A stretch of 64,000 bases of DNA. Origin: Octopus sinensis (lineage: Eukaryota). Every line of letters begins with the position of its first letter. Positions within the stretch are counted from its first letter, which is position 1. The stretch is from positions 78,430,001 to 78,494,000 of the forward strand of contig NC_043004.1 of NCBI RefSeq assembly GCF_006345805.1, in the 5' to 3' direction. Both the position numbers and the translations under genes were made by a program. Shown in pieces: positions 39,004 through 53,365 of this stretch. Below the pieces are notes generated by a model that was given only the letters and a program-made list of their open reading frames with translations, was not told where the DNA came from and did no database searches.

Positions 39004-39349
39004 TATATGCAAGTTCTTGTTTCACTATATTCCCAAAAGCTATGTCTAATAACAGAAATCAAATGAAATTGCTGCAATCTGAAGAAATAGAACGATGAAG
39101 AAACATTTTTAAGAAATCAAGAGTTTTGAAGGGAAAATGATGACAAATAAAGTTTTTAATGGCTTGGCCTATATCTTTGGTTCCTTATATCAACCCAAAA
39201 CATGAAGTAGATAATTATCAGGAAGATTTGGCATTGTGAGAGAGTAACTTGCAAGACAATATCCCTCTCGGCTGGTAGTGGCGGATAGTAGTGAGGTTGG
39301 CGGTCGTTTTGTGCCAGTTGATGACAGATTAGAGGTATAGAGGGATAAG

Positions 39350-39681
39350 ACGATTCCCAGACCGGGCGTTGTGAGTGTTTATTGAGCGAAAACACCTAAA
39401 GCTCCACGAGGCTCCGGCAGGGGGTGGTGGCGACCCTTGTTGTACTCTTTCGCCTCAACTTTCTCTCACTCCACTCTTACTTCCTGTTTCTGTTGTACCT
39501 GTATTTCAAGGGGCCGGCCTTGTCACTCTCTGTGTCACGCTGAATATCCCCGAGAACTACGTTAAGGGTGCACGTGTCTGTGGAGTGCTCAGCTACTTAC
39601 ACGTTAATTTCACGAGCAGGCTGTTCCGTTGATTCGGATCAACCGGAACCCTCATCGTCGTAACCGACGGAGTGCTTCCCG
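39350..39681 (+). mobile_element. 5'-truncated tRNA-SINE (family C/E) with a 13-bp TSD
   Basis: TSD ATAGAGGGATAAG at 39337-49 and 39682-94; related to the more complete copy at 63023-63350. Confidence 0.88.
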
Positions 39682-40307
39682 ATAGAGGGATAAGGATATA
39701 AAAGGACGTGCTGTAGAGTAGATACATAAATACTCCAGATGAAAAAGAAAGGAGGATCGGTTAGAAGGGTACAAATCCATTTGGAGTAGATTTGGCATTC
39801 TATGTTCCTGGAAGATGAAATAAATACTAATCAGGTATTTTGGGTTGATTTCATTGATTGAATTCCCAACATCCGCACAAATTGTGTTTTGGTCTTGAAT
39901 CTATGTTAGAAATGTGCCATATTTCATCTGCCATATTCAGCTTAGGCTATCAGTTTTTCTCAACAAAACCCCCCCCCCCCACCTTCACACACAAGGAAAG
40001 AAATATTCAATTAGAAAATGGAGAAAGAAGTTTGCTTCCCAACCACATGGTTCCAAGTTCAGTCCCATTGCATGGCATCTTGGACAAGTATTTCTTCTAT
40101 TATAGCTTCGGGTGCCGAGCAGAGCCTTCTGAGTGGATTTGGTAGACGGAAATTGAAAGAAGCGTGTCGTAACATATATATATTCAATGGCCCGATAACT
40201 GAAGATATGCCGGCGTGGGTTTCCGCCCCAACATCATCCGAAACTCGGAGTTTTATCATGGCTACAGAATAATTGTCACATATTATATTTACATATACAT
40301 ACATACA

Positions 40308-40369
<62 letters not shown>

Positions 40370-43114
40370 GATCACCTATGTTGCGTTAGCTCCTTTTGAG
40401 CATCGACGAAGTCCTACCACAGTATAGCTTGAATGTGGTAACTTACTTGGCATTAAACAATATGCTTGGGGATTCCCATCATCAAGATGGCACGACAGAA
40501 ACATATATGTAGGTTCTTTATTGTTTTTTTTCTATTAATTTTTTTTGAGCTTTCAACTTCCAATCAATTTATTTATTTGTAATGTTTTTTTCAAAAAAAG
40601 GCATCTTCTTACATGCAAATAAATCGGTAATTACATCCATTTATTCTTCGTTTTCTTCTCTTTGTTCCCCCTCTCTATGTATGTGTGTGTGTGTGCGTAA
40701 TGTATATGTATGTTTGTATGTATGTATGTATGTATGTATGTATGTATGTATGTATGTAGGTATGTATACATGTATGTATGTATGTATGTATGTATGTATT
40801 ATGTATGTATGTATGTATGTTTATCTGTGTTTGTTCCCCACCAATGGGTCACCGCCGGTGTTGGTTTGTTTGCATCCTCGTAACTTATAAGTTTAGCTAA
40901 AAAGACCGATAGAATAAGTGCCAGGCATAAAATTTAATAAATACGGGGGGACAATTCTTTTAATTACAATTTCTCAAGTAATGCCCCAGCATAGCCTCTG
41001 TCTAATGACTGAGACAAGTGAAAGATAGAAGATAAATAGAAATGTACCATTCTAGTTAGAAAAGGTGCTGCAACAAACAGTTGCTACGGAAACGAGAGAA
41101 GAAAGTAAGGAGCGGAACATAACTAACAATTTAATCCAAGGTGTAAAGAGAGATCGGTTGGGCGTTGGACAAAATACCTTGGGGTATTTCTTTACGCTCT
41201 GAGTTCAAATATAGCCGAGAGTAACATTGTCTTTCCTTGCCCGGGGTCGATCAAACAAAGTGTAAGTCTAGTGCTGTGAGTCGATCGCACCGACTGATCC
41301 CTTTCCCTTAAAAGTACTGGTTTTTGTGGCTAAATTAGAAACTATTTAATTCTAGATATACAAAAAATATGGGATCGTTAGCGCCTTTTATCTATGATCA
41401 CGATCTGCTGGGTCAAGGCTAATCTGTGGTTAAACAACTCCAACAGCCGGAAACCAATACATTTGATGTCGGTTTACTTCCTCGGTAAGAAATAGAACGT
41501 GAAAATCTGTTGATAAACAATCTCTTGTCTGTACAAAATTTGTCCTTTCGGTTGAACTCTGCCAGTTCGTTTTATAATTAGTAATTATGTTGCAATTTGA
41601 AAAGGGAACATCAATTATTGTGTCAGCGTGGTCGCTGTATTTTGAAGGACACTTACATCAAATAGATAACTAATTTTAGTGTTGTAGATTTATTATCGAC
41701 GCCACTGGGTTTTTATTTTTTTTATCTATTTTTGTAACTATCTTTATTACAAAAACTCGTGTTTTGTTTTGAAATCATATTGAGCCAATCTTACATTTAA
41801 TACCTCTGATGTCCATGAATGATATTCACGCATCATCCTTTTATACTTTACAAACATTTATTTATTAGACTCCACAAATCTACATCTGAAAAGGCACCCC
41901 TTTTATCTCGACAGATGTTAGGTACTTAACACGAGTTTACATAGGAGCCTTGCCATTATGACATGACAAATATTTTACTGTAAGAATTTTTAGGATTTAT
42001 ATACCTGCTGAGGAAGGTACACAGCCAAGTGGTTAAGGTGTTGCACTCACGATTGCAAGATCACGGTTTCATTTCTCGGACCGGGCGTTGCATTGTGTTC
42101 TTCACTAAAACATTTCATTTCACGTTGCTCCAGACCAGTCAGTTGTAATGAGTTATCATGTGATGGACTAGCGTCCTGTCCAGGGGAAACGTTGCGATCT
42201 CATGGAAACGGCCCTGTGAGTGCAAGGGTTCGTAATGATGATGGTAAAGAAGGTTTAGATAGTCTGTGTTCCACGTTGGGTCACCATTTTAGATGGAGTA
42301 GTGTTTGTGTCATGGTTGTGGAGCCATCTGATATGACTCTACACAGAAGGCTGTAATATCATTTGACAGGAACACGGTATAAAGAATATATAAAACAAGG
42401 CTGTAACTTTAAATGTCTTTAATGCTGGCCACATGTATGTCTACAAACTGAATGATAAATGGAAATGGTTTGATGCGTGGAGGTCATGATCTTCTCCTGT
42501 TCGTTACCTCCTGTATGCTAGCTGGTGCGTGGTGTGAGAGAGCCAACTAGATCACGTCTTTACGGTCTGATATCTGGGTGCAAAAAGAGGAAATTCGTAA
42601 GGCCTCGTGTCAGAATCTCACGCTCTAGCGCCATCTAGCTGAGCTTGTTTAAACCTGCTGTCAGGGAGGTAACTGCGCCTACAAAGGTAACGTGGTGGTA
42701 GAATCGTTAGAACGTCGGAATAGAATATTTCCGGTATTTATTCCGATACTTTCTATCCAAGTTCAAATCCCGCCGAGGTCAACTCCGTCTGTCATCTTTT
42801 CTTAAAGCAGTGAACAGGTAGAATCGTTACTGCCTTGGACAAAATGCTTAGGGATATCTCTCCTGGTTCTATACATTCTGAGTTCAAATTCTACCGAAGT
42901 CGACTTTGGCTTTCTCGCTTTTCAGATCGATAAAATAAGTACCCGCTGAGCAATGCGGTTAATGTGATAGACTATCCACCTACTCCTGAAATTGCTGACC
43001 TTCTGCCAAAATTTGATGTAATTCATGTGTCTGCTAAGGACGGTGGATTGGCAGAAAGGTTAATGCATCGAGATATAAAAAAAATGTCTGGCAGTATATT
43101 CTTTTATTCTTTTA

Positions 43115-43372
43115 TTCTTTTATTCTTTTACTTGTTTCAATCATTTGACTGCAGCCATGCTGGAATACTGCCTTTAGTCGAATAAATTTTAATCTTTGAA
43201 AGACTAGTAAGTATTCTATCGGTGTCTTTTGCTGAACCGGTAAGTTACGGAAACGTAAACACACCAACATCAATTGTCAGGCGATGGTGGGGAGACAAAC
43301 ACAGACACACAATTATATACATACATACACACACACACGCACACACACATACATACACACACACACACACAC

Positions 43373-43441
<69 letters not shown>

Positions 43442-43600
43442 GACAGGCTTCTTCCAGTTTCCGTTTATCAAATCCACTCACAAGGCTTTGGTCGACCTGA
43501 GGCTATAGTAGAATACACTAATCCAAGGTGCCACGCAGTGGGACTGAACCCGGAACCATGTGGTCGGCAATTAAACTTCTTAAGACACAGTCACGCCTGC
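43115..43600 (-). mobile_element. SINE family A, full-length
   Basis: Same architecture as 21705-22130. Confidence 0.85.
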
Positions 43601-44297
43601 ACCTATATGTTCTGTTTTTTTTTTACGTCAGTTCTAGTGGTGGTCAGCCTATGCGAACCTTCCCCAACTCTCTCTATACGTACGACCTGTGAGGGCCTTG
43701 CCCTCCTCTGTCGTCGCTAAGTGGATAACTGGAACTTCAGCTGCCCTGAATGAACTCGGGGTGAATAATGAAATGGTTTCCTATTGCCCGTTCCAGGAAG
43801 GTGGGATTTGAACTCAGAATACGGAGAGGCGGAAGATATACCGTAAAGCATCTTTGCCGACATACCAACGATTCTGCTACTCTCCCACCCACAGACTAGC
43901 GTGAAATGAAGTGTTTTGCTAACGACCACAACACGTCACCCGGTCCCAGAATCGAACTCACGATCAGCGATTGTGAGTGCAATACCCTAACTACTAGGTC
44001 ACCCACCTTCACGATTCTTTACGCGCTGAGTTCAAATCTCCCCCAGATCAACGATACCTTTCCTTCTTTCGATACCAGTAATGCACTAAAGTCGATGGTA
44101 TCGATTAACCCCCTCCCCTCAAAACTAATGCCCGAGGCCGGTTCAAGGTACCGGCAACTCGGGCAGTCGTCCGGGTCACCATGTGCTTGGGGGTGCTAAG
44201 GAGCGGGTGACAAAGACAAGGAAATTTCCACGACCGTCAGCTAGTACACGCCCCTCTGCTTAAATATGAAACATGAAACAATGTCTCAAATTTATTT

Positions 44298-44356
<59 letters not shown>

Positions 44357-44539
44357 TCATACTATAACTGTGTCTAAAGGAAGAGTATTTAGTAGACTAA
44401 ATGCTAATATGTTGTATTCGGTATATTAGATACAAAATATGGTCTCACATATGTAATATTAATATAGGGAGTTAGACTGAGGAAACGAGCTGGTAGAATC
44501 GGTAAACAGACCGGAAAACTGCTTCGCATTATTTTATCC

Positions 44540-45340
44540 ATCTTTACGTCACGCGGAAGGGGTGTACCATTATTATTAATTCCCCCATAACACCTCCCTT
44601 TTAAAGTTTTCTTAGGAAGCGTCATTTTATTTAGTAACATTTTTTATTCAACCCCCGCCCATTTTTTTTCGTACAATCTAATATTTTTTGCACTTGGCAT
44701 CTATTTTCAGGAACTTTGAATGTTTTCTTTTCCTGCTTTGGCGTTGGTACTTGGAACGTATCGTACAACCATTCCATTGGTTCCTCCAGCTTCCTTGGTT
44801 CGCTTTCCATGAATCGCTTTTTCAGCTGGTTCCTGTGTCTCTTTTGTATGCCTTTTCTACATTTTACCTAATGCATCGTTTTACCAATGCATTTGGTAAT
44901 TACGCCAACTCTGCTTTCCATTCTTGTATGCCCTCATTTACACCTTTTCACCAACTTTAAAGAATCTTGCTGTGTCTTCCCAGACACTTGTTCTTTTCTT
45001 GCCAGGTAGCAATCTATCAAAGACTGGTTTTACTTTCCTTGCAAACATCGGCTCCGCTGGTGATCTACCTGCTGGTGTATTTGTATTTGGTGTCACGCGG
45101 TACACTCTTAAGAACCTCATCTATTACTTCCTTATTCGATTTTCTAAGGGCTCTTTTGAAGGTGTCGACAAAGCGTTCTGCCTGACAGTTAGTTCTGGGA
45201 TGGTATGGCGCCATAGTTATATGTTCTACCACGAACATTTCACAAAATTTTTAAAATTCGCTAGACACAAAGTGCGTTCCATTGTCAGACACTATCTGCA
45301 CCCACCCTGCCACATCCACCATGTCACACACACACACCTT
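44540..45340 (-). mobile_element. Gypsy LTR retrotransposon 3' remnant (integrase C-terminus, PPT, LTR start)
   Basis: VSDNGTHF, PYHPRTNCQAERFVDTFKRAL, YRVTPNTNTPAGRSPAE. PPT aaaagggagg then TGTTATGGGG starting at 44592. Confidence 0.85.
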
Positions 45341-46638
45341 ACAAGCTAAATGGAATATCTCATTTTCACGATTCCATTAATGACTTTTAATGATTTCGTT
45401 ATTAGTAGTGTTGCTTCTAGTTCTGTGATTCTCAGCTCTCAAAAGTGGTACCCAGGCAATTAGTTATATCACCGAGTACCCCAATAATTGCTACTTTACA
45501 TCTAATGTTATAATTAGGGTATAGTATCTCATTAGGTTTCTCATTTATGTGCCATGGTTTTCTTTTCCTTTCATGTTCATGTCAAATTTCACCAGGGAAC
45601 TAATGTCTGCTACTATACACAGTTTCTTTTCTCATTATGTCTGGCCTGATAAAGCGGCGAGCTGGCAGAAACGTTAGCACGCCGGGCGAAATGCATAGCA
45701 GTATTTTGTCTGCCGCTACATTCTGAGTTCAAATTCCGCAGAGGTCGACTTTGCCTTTCATCCTTTCGGGGTCGATATATTAAGTACCGGTTGCGTACTG
45801 GAGTAGATCTAATCGACTGGCCTCCTCCCACAAAATTTTGGGCCTTGTGCCTAGAGAAGCAAAAGATTATATCTGGCCTGATAATAGGGCGGCGAATTGG
45901 AAGAATCGTCAGTACGTCGGAGAAAATGCCCAGAAGCATTTCTTCTACTTCTTTCTCAGCAATTTTTTTCTATTTCTTTGTCAGCAATTTTTATATAAAA
46001 AACTAAAATATTTTACACAATGAAGACTTGTAACTTCCACATTCATTATCTCTTGTATGGTGTATTCAAATAATTATTGTACATCCATCTTTATTTATCG
46101 CGTGATTTTGTTTCCAAAACAACACCAAGATAAATGAATGATAAAACAGATGGGGAAAATAGGCTTCATTCACAGACCCGAAGTTATTCTGAGTTTTGTG
46201 GATGGTTGCCGGGGGGGGGGGTCATTTTTGCAGCTGGTCAAAGCAAAATCTTTGGCTGTTCGCCGACCCACATTATCACAGATCAATTCATGATGAATGT
46301 AACATGGTTCACAATTCATACTCTGTTATCCAGATCAGTGATAAATAGATCATGGATAAACAAGATAGACGTGAAAATATAAATGCAAATGTTACGAATA
46401 ATAAAAAAAAATATGGAAACTTATACAAATATTAATGATCTCATTCTCGCCTTCACACGTAGCCTACTTAATACTGTGTACTACCAGCGATGGATTGATG
46501 ACTAAGACCCACTAAACTAGCAAGTCGAATAACTAATTAGAAGCTATTTATAGTGAACCTTAACATTTCAATTAAACGTGTTTATAATGTTTAATTCGTT
46601 GATTTTGTTTCATTTTGTCTTTAGAACAGAAACTGAAC

Positions 46639-46835
46639 ATGTACAAGAGAGAAGCCATGTTGTTTGTGATGTTGATGTTGCTGCTCCTGGTAAATCCCGT
46701 GAAACTGTCAGTGTTGTCGAGCGCTAAATGTCCAATACCAATGTCGGAATGTTTGAACGATCCTGGTTGCTTGAAGGAATGGTATCACTGCAACTGTAAT
46801 CCCACTGGCACACTTTCCTTGAATGAATTTTGTAT
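46639..46835 (+). CDS. Coding exon 1 of a predicted secreted cysteine-rich peptide precursor (exon starts 46625, ATG 46639)
   Basis: Acceptor ttttgtttcattttgtctttAG at 46623-24 and donor AT|GTAAGT at 46835/36. Only one frame is open: MYKREAMLFVMLMLLLLVNPVKLSVLSSAKCPIPMSECLNDPGCLKEWYHCNCNPTGTLSLNEFC, a signal-peptide-like N-terminus plus 6 Cys. Ends in phase 2. Confidence 0.75.
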
Positions 46836-47479
46836 GTAAGTAGACATATTGTATCGAAAGTGATACGAATTCAAACAGTTTGTTCAAATATATTTATTCT
46901 CGTATTATCTTTTTATATATTTTACTTATTTCAGTTATTCTGCTGCGGTCATGCTGGGGCACCGCATTCAAGGGATTTAGTCGAGCGAATCGACCCCAGT
47001 ATGTATGTATGTATGTATGTATGTATGTATGTATGTATGTATGTATGTATGTATGTATGTATGTATGTATGTGTGCGTGTTTGTATCTGTGTTTGTCCCC
47101 CAACCACCATCTCTTGACAACCGATGTTGGTGTGTTTGCATCCCCGTAGCTTAGCTGTTCGGCAAAAGAGACTGATAGAAGAAGAACCAGGCTTACAGGG
47201 AATAAGTCCAGAGATCGATTTCTTCGACTAAAGAGTGGTACTCCAGCAAGGCCACAGTCAAATGACTGAAACAAGTAAAACAATAAAAGAATACCAGAAG
47301 ACCGTTCCGTCCACTAAACCAAGAAGGTTCTTTGAATATGTACGATGTATTTTAAGGCTAAACAGTAATTCTGTTTACGTTTGCGTAACTGAGATATTTT
47401 GGTTGGTTTATATAGCTATTGGTTTTACACTTCTTTCTATATTCTGTAACTGTCATATTATAGAAACATTTCTCATGGC

Positions 47480-50400
47480 ACCAGCATACAATTTACAGAT
47501 GCTTACATCTTTTATATTTTCCGTGAAGTTTTCACGGGCCCAGCTAGTTAATCATACACACCGTGGCTTATTTAAATTTAAGCGGTTTCCCTTCGATGTA
47601 TAAGTGGCTCCTTCGATTATTCAGCAAGTAATGGACACAATACCGGGTGATTATGATTTTGCTATCGCCTATTTAGACGGTACCCTAATAAAAAGCGAAT
47701 CACACGAACAACATGTAGGACACATAAAAAGGGTATTCGAAAAGATAAGAGAATACGGCTTCAAAATAAGTGAAGAAAATGCGAGTTCTTTCTGAAAAAA
47801 AACAGACAAACAAACAAAAAACAAACAAACAAACTAAATATTTGGGCCAGATAATAGATAAAAATAAACGGAAACTGGATCCACCTAGAACAACTGAGAT
47901 AAAAAAAAATATGCCCAATCCGAATAATGCGACTATGCTACATACCTTTTGGGATTAGTAAATTACTATCAAATTTATATCCCTGGTATACACAACGCAA
48001 GGGCCCCACTCAGGGATCTATTACAGAAAATGCAAAATGGCGGTGGACTGATAAGTGCCAGACGGCATTTGACAAATTATAAAACATTTTAACATCGAAC
48101 TTATCGTTAACACATTTTGATCCGAAGCTTGATATTATATTGGCTACAGATGCGAGAGATTACGGTGTAAGAACAGTGCTCCTGCACAAATATGACGATG
48201 GAAGTAAAAGGGCTATTGTCCGTGCGTCACGATCATTATTACCAGCTGAAAAAAAGAAGCGTTAGCAATCATATTCGGTGTGAAAAAATTCCATAGATTT
48301 ATTCATGGAAGACGTTTCTGGCTACAAACGGATCATCGCCCACTACTGTCAATATATGGTTCTTAAAAAGGAATACCAACTCACACAGCGAATAGACTAC
48401 AGCGATGGAGCACTGCATTATTCAATAATGATTACAAAATGGAATATTTACCGTCAATATAACTAGGGCATGCGGATGCTTTGTCTAGACTGATACCGAA
48501 ACACTGCGATCCATTCGAAGTTACGGTAATCGCAGCTTTAAGATCAGAAAGAGAAATAAAAAATGTAATATGGAATGTGGTACGAGAATTACCGGTGACC
48601 CTTGAAGACATAAAATGAAATGCAGAAAAAGACAAATTCATAACAGAAATGAAAAGAATACTGTGGACAGGAAAAGTAAATAGGAAGAGGACTGGTGCGA
48701 AACGAAACCAAAACGTGGAACTATACATAGAGTAGTAATAACTGAAACATTGCAAAAGAAAATGTTGAAGGAATTCTAAGTTGGACATCATGGTATTTCA
48801 ATGATGAAAGCTTTTTTAATGCGTAGCTACGTATACTGGCCAAAAAAGGATAGAGAAATCGAAAATTTAGTGAAAGGCTGCAGAGAAACGTGCCCTAGCA
48901 GAAAACGTACCGACGATAAAAAGTGAAGCAAAAATAGATATTCCATGGTTGAGACTACACATCGATTTCGCTGGTCTCTTAAACGGCTTATACTACTCAG
49001 TAGTAGTCGAAAGTTTCTCTAAATGGCAAGAAATTTGTAAATGTGAAAAGCGAACCCCCTCAACTGCGACAGACTTTCTACAAGAGCTGTTTGCGAGATT
49101 TGGCACCCCAGATGTCTGACAATGGAACGTAATTTGTGTCCTTTGAGTTTAAGAAGATTTTCAAAACGTTCACTGTAGAATATGTAACCATCCCAGATCT
49201 AACGGACAAGCAGAACGCTTTGTCGATACGTTCAAGAGAGCACTGAGAAAGTCGAATAAGGAAGTCACGGATGAGGGTTAGGGTTAGGGTTAGGGTTAAC
49301 AACAATTCTTAAGAGTATACCGTGTGGCACCAAATTCAAATACACCAGCAGGCATGTCACCAGCGGAGCTCATGTTTGCGAGAAAAATAAAATCAGTCTT
49401 CGACAAATTACTACCTAGTGAGAAAAGAAATATTACAATGGATGATACAGCAAAATATATCAAAATAGGTGAAAATATATTTGTTAGGGCGTATAAGGAC
49501 GGAAAAAAAAGTTGGGAAGATGGTGTGATTACCAAACGCACAGGAAAAGTGCTATACTTGGTAAAAGGAAGAAAAGGGGTAAACTAGAGACACAGGAACC
49601 AACTAAAAAAAAAAAGGTTCGTTAAGAGCAAACGCAAAAGAATGAAAGAACCAATGGAAAGGCTATATAATACTTACTTCCTTACTACCCACAAGGGGCT
49701 AAACACAGAGGGGACAAACAAGGTCAGACAAATGGATTAAATCGATTAGATCGACCTCAGTACGTAACTGGTACTTAATTTATCGACCCCGGAAGGATGA
49801 AAGGCAAAGCCGACCTCGTCGGAATTTGAACTCAGAAAGAAACTGCAGACGAAATACCTATTTCTTTACTACCCACAAGGGGCTAAACACAGAGGGGACA
49901 AACAAGGACAGACAAACGGATTAAGTCGATTACATTGACCCCAGTGCGTAACTGGCACTTATTTAATCGACCTCGAAAGGATGAAAGGCAAAGTCGACCT
50001 CGGCGGAATTTGAACTCAGAACGCAGCGGCAGACGAAAAACCGCTAAGCATTTCGCCCGACGTGCTAACGTTTCTGCCAGCTCGCTGCCTTCGGTTATAT
50101 GATACTTATCAAGTAGCAACACCACTACAAGTAATTGAACCCAGACGCACAAGCGAAAGATAAAGGAAATGTATGGAGTTCCTGGAAGTGAATGCCAAAC
50201 GAAAAAAATATTAAATGTGTAACTGTATGGAAAGAAAGCGGGGGTGAAGTGAACCAAAAATTTATTGCTAATAAAAAGAAATAAAATTACACTCCCTAAG
50301 AAAAAAAAAAGAAAGACTTAAAGGGCGAGATGTTATGGGGAAAATAGTAATAACGCAATACCCATCCCACGTGACGAGTGGTATTTGATTGTCGCTACAA

Positions 50401-50522
50401 ATACGGTGACGTTGAGCAGTCAGGTGAGATCAGTCGGTCATATAGATAGTCGTGTCTTACTTGTTTAACTATACTGCTATACTGGAGCGGACGTTATACC
50501 AGTCCGACAGAAGATTACAACA
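47480..50522 (+). mobile_element. Decayed Gypsy element: RT-RNaseH-integrase, PPT and 192-bp 3' LTR (50331-50522)
   Basis: THRGLFKFKRFPF, IAYLDG, LATDARDYG, GHHGI..RSYVYWP..C, LHIDFAG, NGQAERFVDTF. LTR TGTT...AACA preceded by AAAGGGCGAGA. Two SINEs inserted at 49676-50092. No 5' LTR found. Confidence 0.9.
49676..50092 (-). mobile_element. Head-to-tail family-B SINE dimer inside the Gypsy element
   Basis: The tail motif tactacccacaaggggctaaacacagagggg occurs twice (~49684 and ~49867); only one complete head. Confidence 0.8.
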
Positions 50523-51233
50523 TACACGCGCGACGGGTTTCTTTCAGCTCCGTCTACCGGATCCACTCAAAAGACTTTAGTCCATCTGAGACAATGGTGG
50601 AAGATACTTATGCAAGGTATCACACAATGGGATTGAACCGGGAATCATGTTTTTCCATACGGCCACGCCTACGTTTCTATATAGCCATTTTCTTCTTATT
50701 TGTGGAATAACATTGCTACCAATGGTTTCATGTGGAAAGAAGGTTTGCAACTTTTCAAGCGATTCACTTCAAAATGTTGATAATCACCATTTCGGAAGAA
50801 ATTCTTTCTGCATGAAACCGTTGGTTGAACTATTTAATCGACAAATAAAAAAATATATGTCCACCAATGTGGTTTTATTGTCCTCGTATTATTTTGAAAG
50901 AATTCGAATTTTGGCATGTCACAGAGTACATATAGAAAACGAAACAAAACACGAAAGATTTATATAAGCTATTTAGTTACACTATCTTAAGTATGCTTCA
51001 ATAATGAAGGAGGATTATTTTTGTTATAATGTAAATTACAAAATCAAGGTATATTGTCAAATTTTTAGAGTCGTATAACTTTAATATGTAACACTGCTGG
51101 ACTTCTAGGCAAATCCTCATCAGTAACCGTGCCTTAACAATTAACATATAATTTGTCTCTAAATTATAGGCATATATATATATGCATGTATGTATCTATA
51201 AATACATGTGTGTGCGTGTGTTTGTGTGTGTGT

Positions 51234-51297
<64 letters not shown>

Positions 51298-51335
51298 ACA
51301 CACACATTTTCATTTTGCCATTTTTCTTTCCACAG

Positions 51336-51378
51336 AATGGCTTCAGTAGTTTTGAAGAATCCACCTACTTGTTGTCCG
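51336..51378 (+). CDS. Coding exon 2 (43 nt) of the same gene
   Basis: Acceptor tttttctttccacAG and donor CCG|GTAAGA. Joining to exon 1 in phase 2 gives (I)MASVVLKNPPTCCP and ends in phase 0. Confidence 0.7.
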
Positions 51379-51515
51379 GTAAGAAAACGATATTTTTTGA
51401 CGTATCTTTTATTTTAGAGTTTTACATTTGTCTGAATAAATTAAAAATAGAAGGAAGAGGATAATATTTATCGATGCTCGTAATATTTATCGTCGTCGTC
51501 GTAATAGTAGTAGAA

Positions 51516-51575
<60 letters not shown>

Positions 51576-52039
51576 CTGATGGTGCTGGTGGTGGTGATGG
51601 ATATTTCTGTTTCTTTCATCTTTCACATACATACATTACATACGCGGATGCAAATATATACATACATATAATATATGTGTGAGTGTGTATACATGTATAT
51701 ATATATATCTACTACATATATGGGAAATTCTGTCTATCGTTTTATCGATTTTGATGAAACTTGACGCGTGAGTAGAACTCATGTCCGGAAACCTCATGGC
51801 ATATTCAGATTGTTGAAAAAAAAAATCGATAATAGGGCCCCTGAAAGGGATACTTATATATTATATATTTCATTTTAACAGCCAAGGGAAATAACCCATT
51901 CATTTTCCAAAATCATTTGGTATAAATCAAATTGAGTATACTTATTTCTTAGTACTTGAACTATTAGAGTTACTTTCGCAATTTATTCAGTACAACGCTT
52001 AAACAAGTAAATAGTATTTTCCTAAACAATAGATCCACT

Positions 52040-52137
52040 TATTTCGGTTAGTGACTTATTTTGGTTAGTGACGAATATACCAACACCAGCGCCGCTGGTA
52101 TATTCGTCACTAACCAAAATAAGTCACTAACCGAAAT
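52040..52137. repeat. ~100-bp perfect hairpin, a MITE-like remnant
   Basis: 41-bp arms ATTTCGGTTAGTGACTTATTTTGGTTAGTGACGAATATACC and its reverse complement around a short GC loop. Confidence 0.85.
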
Positions 52138-52734
52138 GCTCTGGGAACGCACAAAAGCCCCTTTCAGAGTTATTTACTTTGAACTGTTATTATCTCATAC
52201 CTGATTAGCCTGTTATTACGTCACATGCTTCACTATTTTTGTATACATACCTTATTAGTATGCTTCACTATTTTTGTATACATATCTTATTAGTATCTCC
52301 TCATGTGTTCTATATACTCTGGGAACGCATTAAAGCCCTTTTCGGGGCTACTTTATTTAAATTATTATTATCGGGTAACTAATTTCATGTTATTACATAA
52401 CTGACTTCACAATTTGGGTATTCATAACTTATTGGGAATTCTTAAAAACAAGATACTGTGTAAGACAGTTTGGTATTCTTTGTAAATGCACAAAAATCGT
52501 TTTTAGGGCTACATACTCTTTCTTCTGCTGGCCTGCTCGCTTAGCCAGCGGGGTGGCGTGATTCGAAGGCTAAAACAATGCGAACGCATTGTGACCAGCG
52601 ATGTGTAACAACATCTGATGGTCTGGTCGGTCACGTGATATATATATATATATATCCAAATATAGCTGGCTACGTATCAAAGTTAATGCAGATACATCAT
52701 GAAAAAGCAAATTAATTGCAATATTTGCCCGCAG

Positions 52735-52810
52735 ATAATATCTCTTGTGGATGTGCGTTGTCTAAAAACACAAAAATATGTCAGAAGCAGACGAAAATCA
52801 TTCAGCAGCG
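52735..52810 (+). CDS. Candidate coding exon 3 (76 nt)
   Basis: Acceptor taattgcaatatttgcccgcAG and donor GCG|GTGACT (imperfect). Phase 0 to 1, open: IISLVDVRCLKTQKYVRSRRKSFSS. It abuts SINE-derived sequence, so it is less certain. Confidence 0.4.
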
Positions 52811-53052
52811 GTGACTAATCGGTTCCGGTACTTATTTTAAAAGTCGTATTTATTCTATCAGTCTCTTTTGCCGAACAGCTAAATTATAAGTTACAAGGAT
52901 GTAAACAAACAACACCGAAAATACGAAATTACAATAATTTCAATGTCATGATTAGCGAATGCGAAACCGGTCGACAAAGATAATATAAGATATATAAAAA
53001 AATATATTAAAACTATGTAAAATGTGTGCATTTTCCTTCTAACATATATATA

Positions 53053-53120
<68 letters not shown>

Positions 53121-53365
53121 ATATATATATATTGCATTACAATTCATCACGTGGGATAATTGAAATTCCTCCTTTTTTTGTTACTATATGTGTGTGTGTG
53201 TATATATATATATATATAAGGGGTTTTCAATAGTTTCCTTCTAACAAATTCGCACACAGTATTGCTTGGCCTGAGGACATTTGCCCAAGGTGTTCTGCAA
53301 TGGGACTGAACCCGAAACCACAGGTTTCGATGCAACCATCTTAACCACACTGCTATGCCCACACA

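Noticed and set aside
46832-46837. Alternative donor T|GTATGT for exon 1
   Set aside because: Joining it to exon 2 creates an immediate TAA; the adjacent GTAAGT donor keeps the frame.
50685-50745. Possible extra exon (HFLLICGITLLPMVSCGKK) between exons 1 and 2
   Set aside because: Weak donor (AAG|GTTTGC), the acceptor overlaps a SINE edge, and it is not needed for frame continuity.
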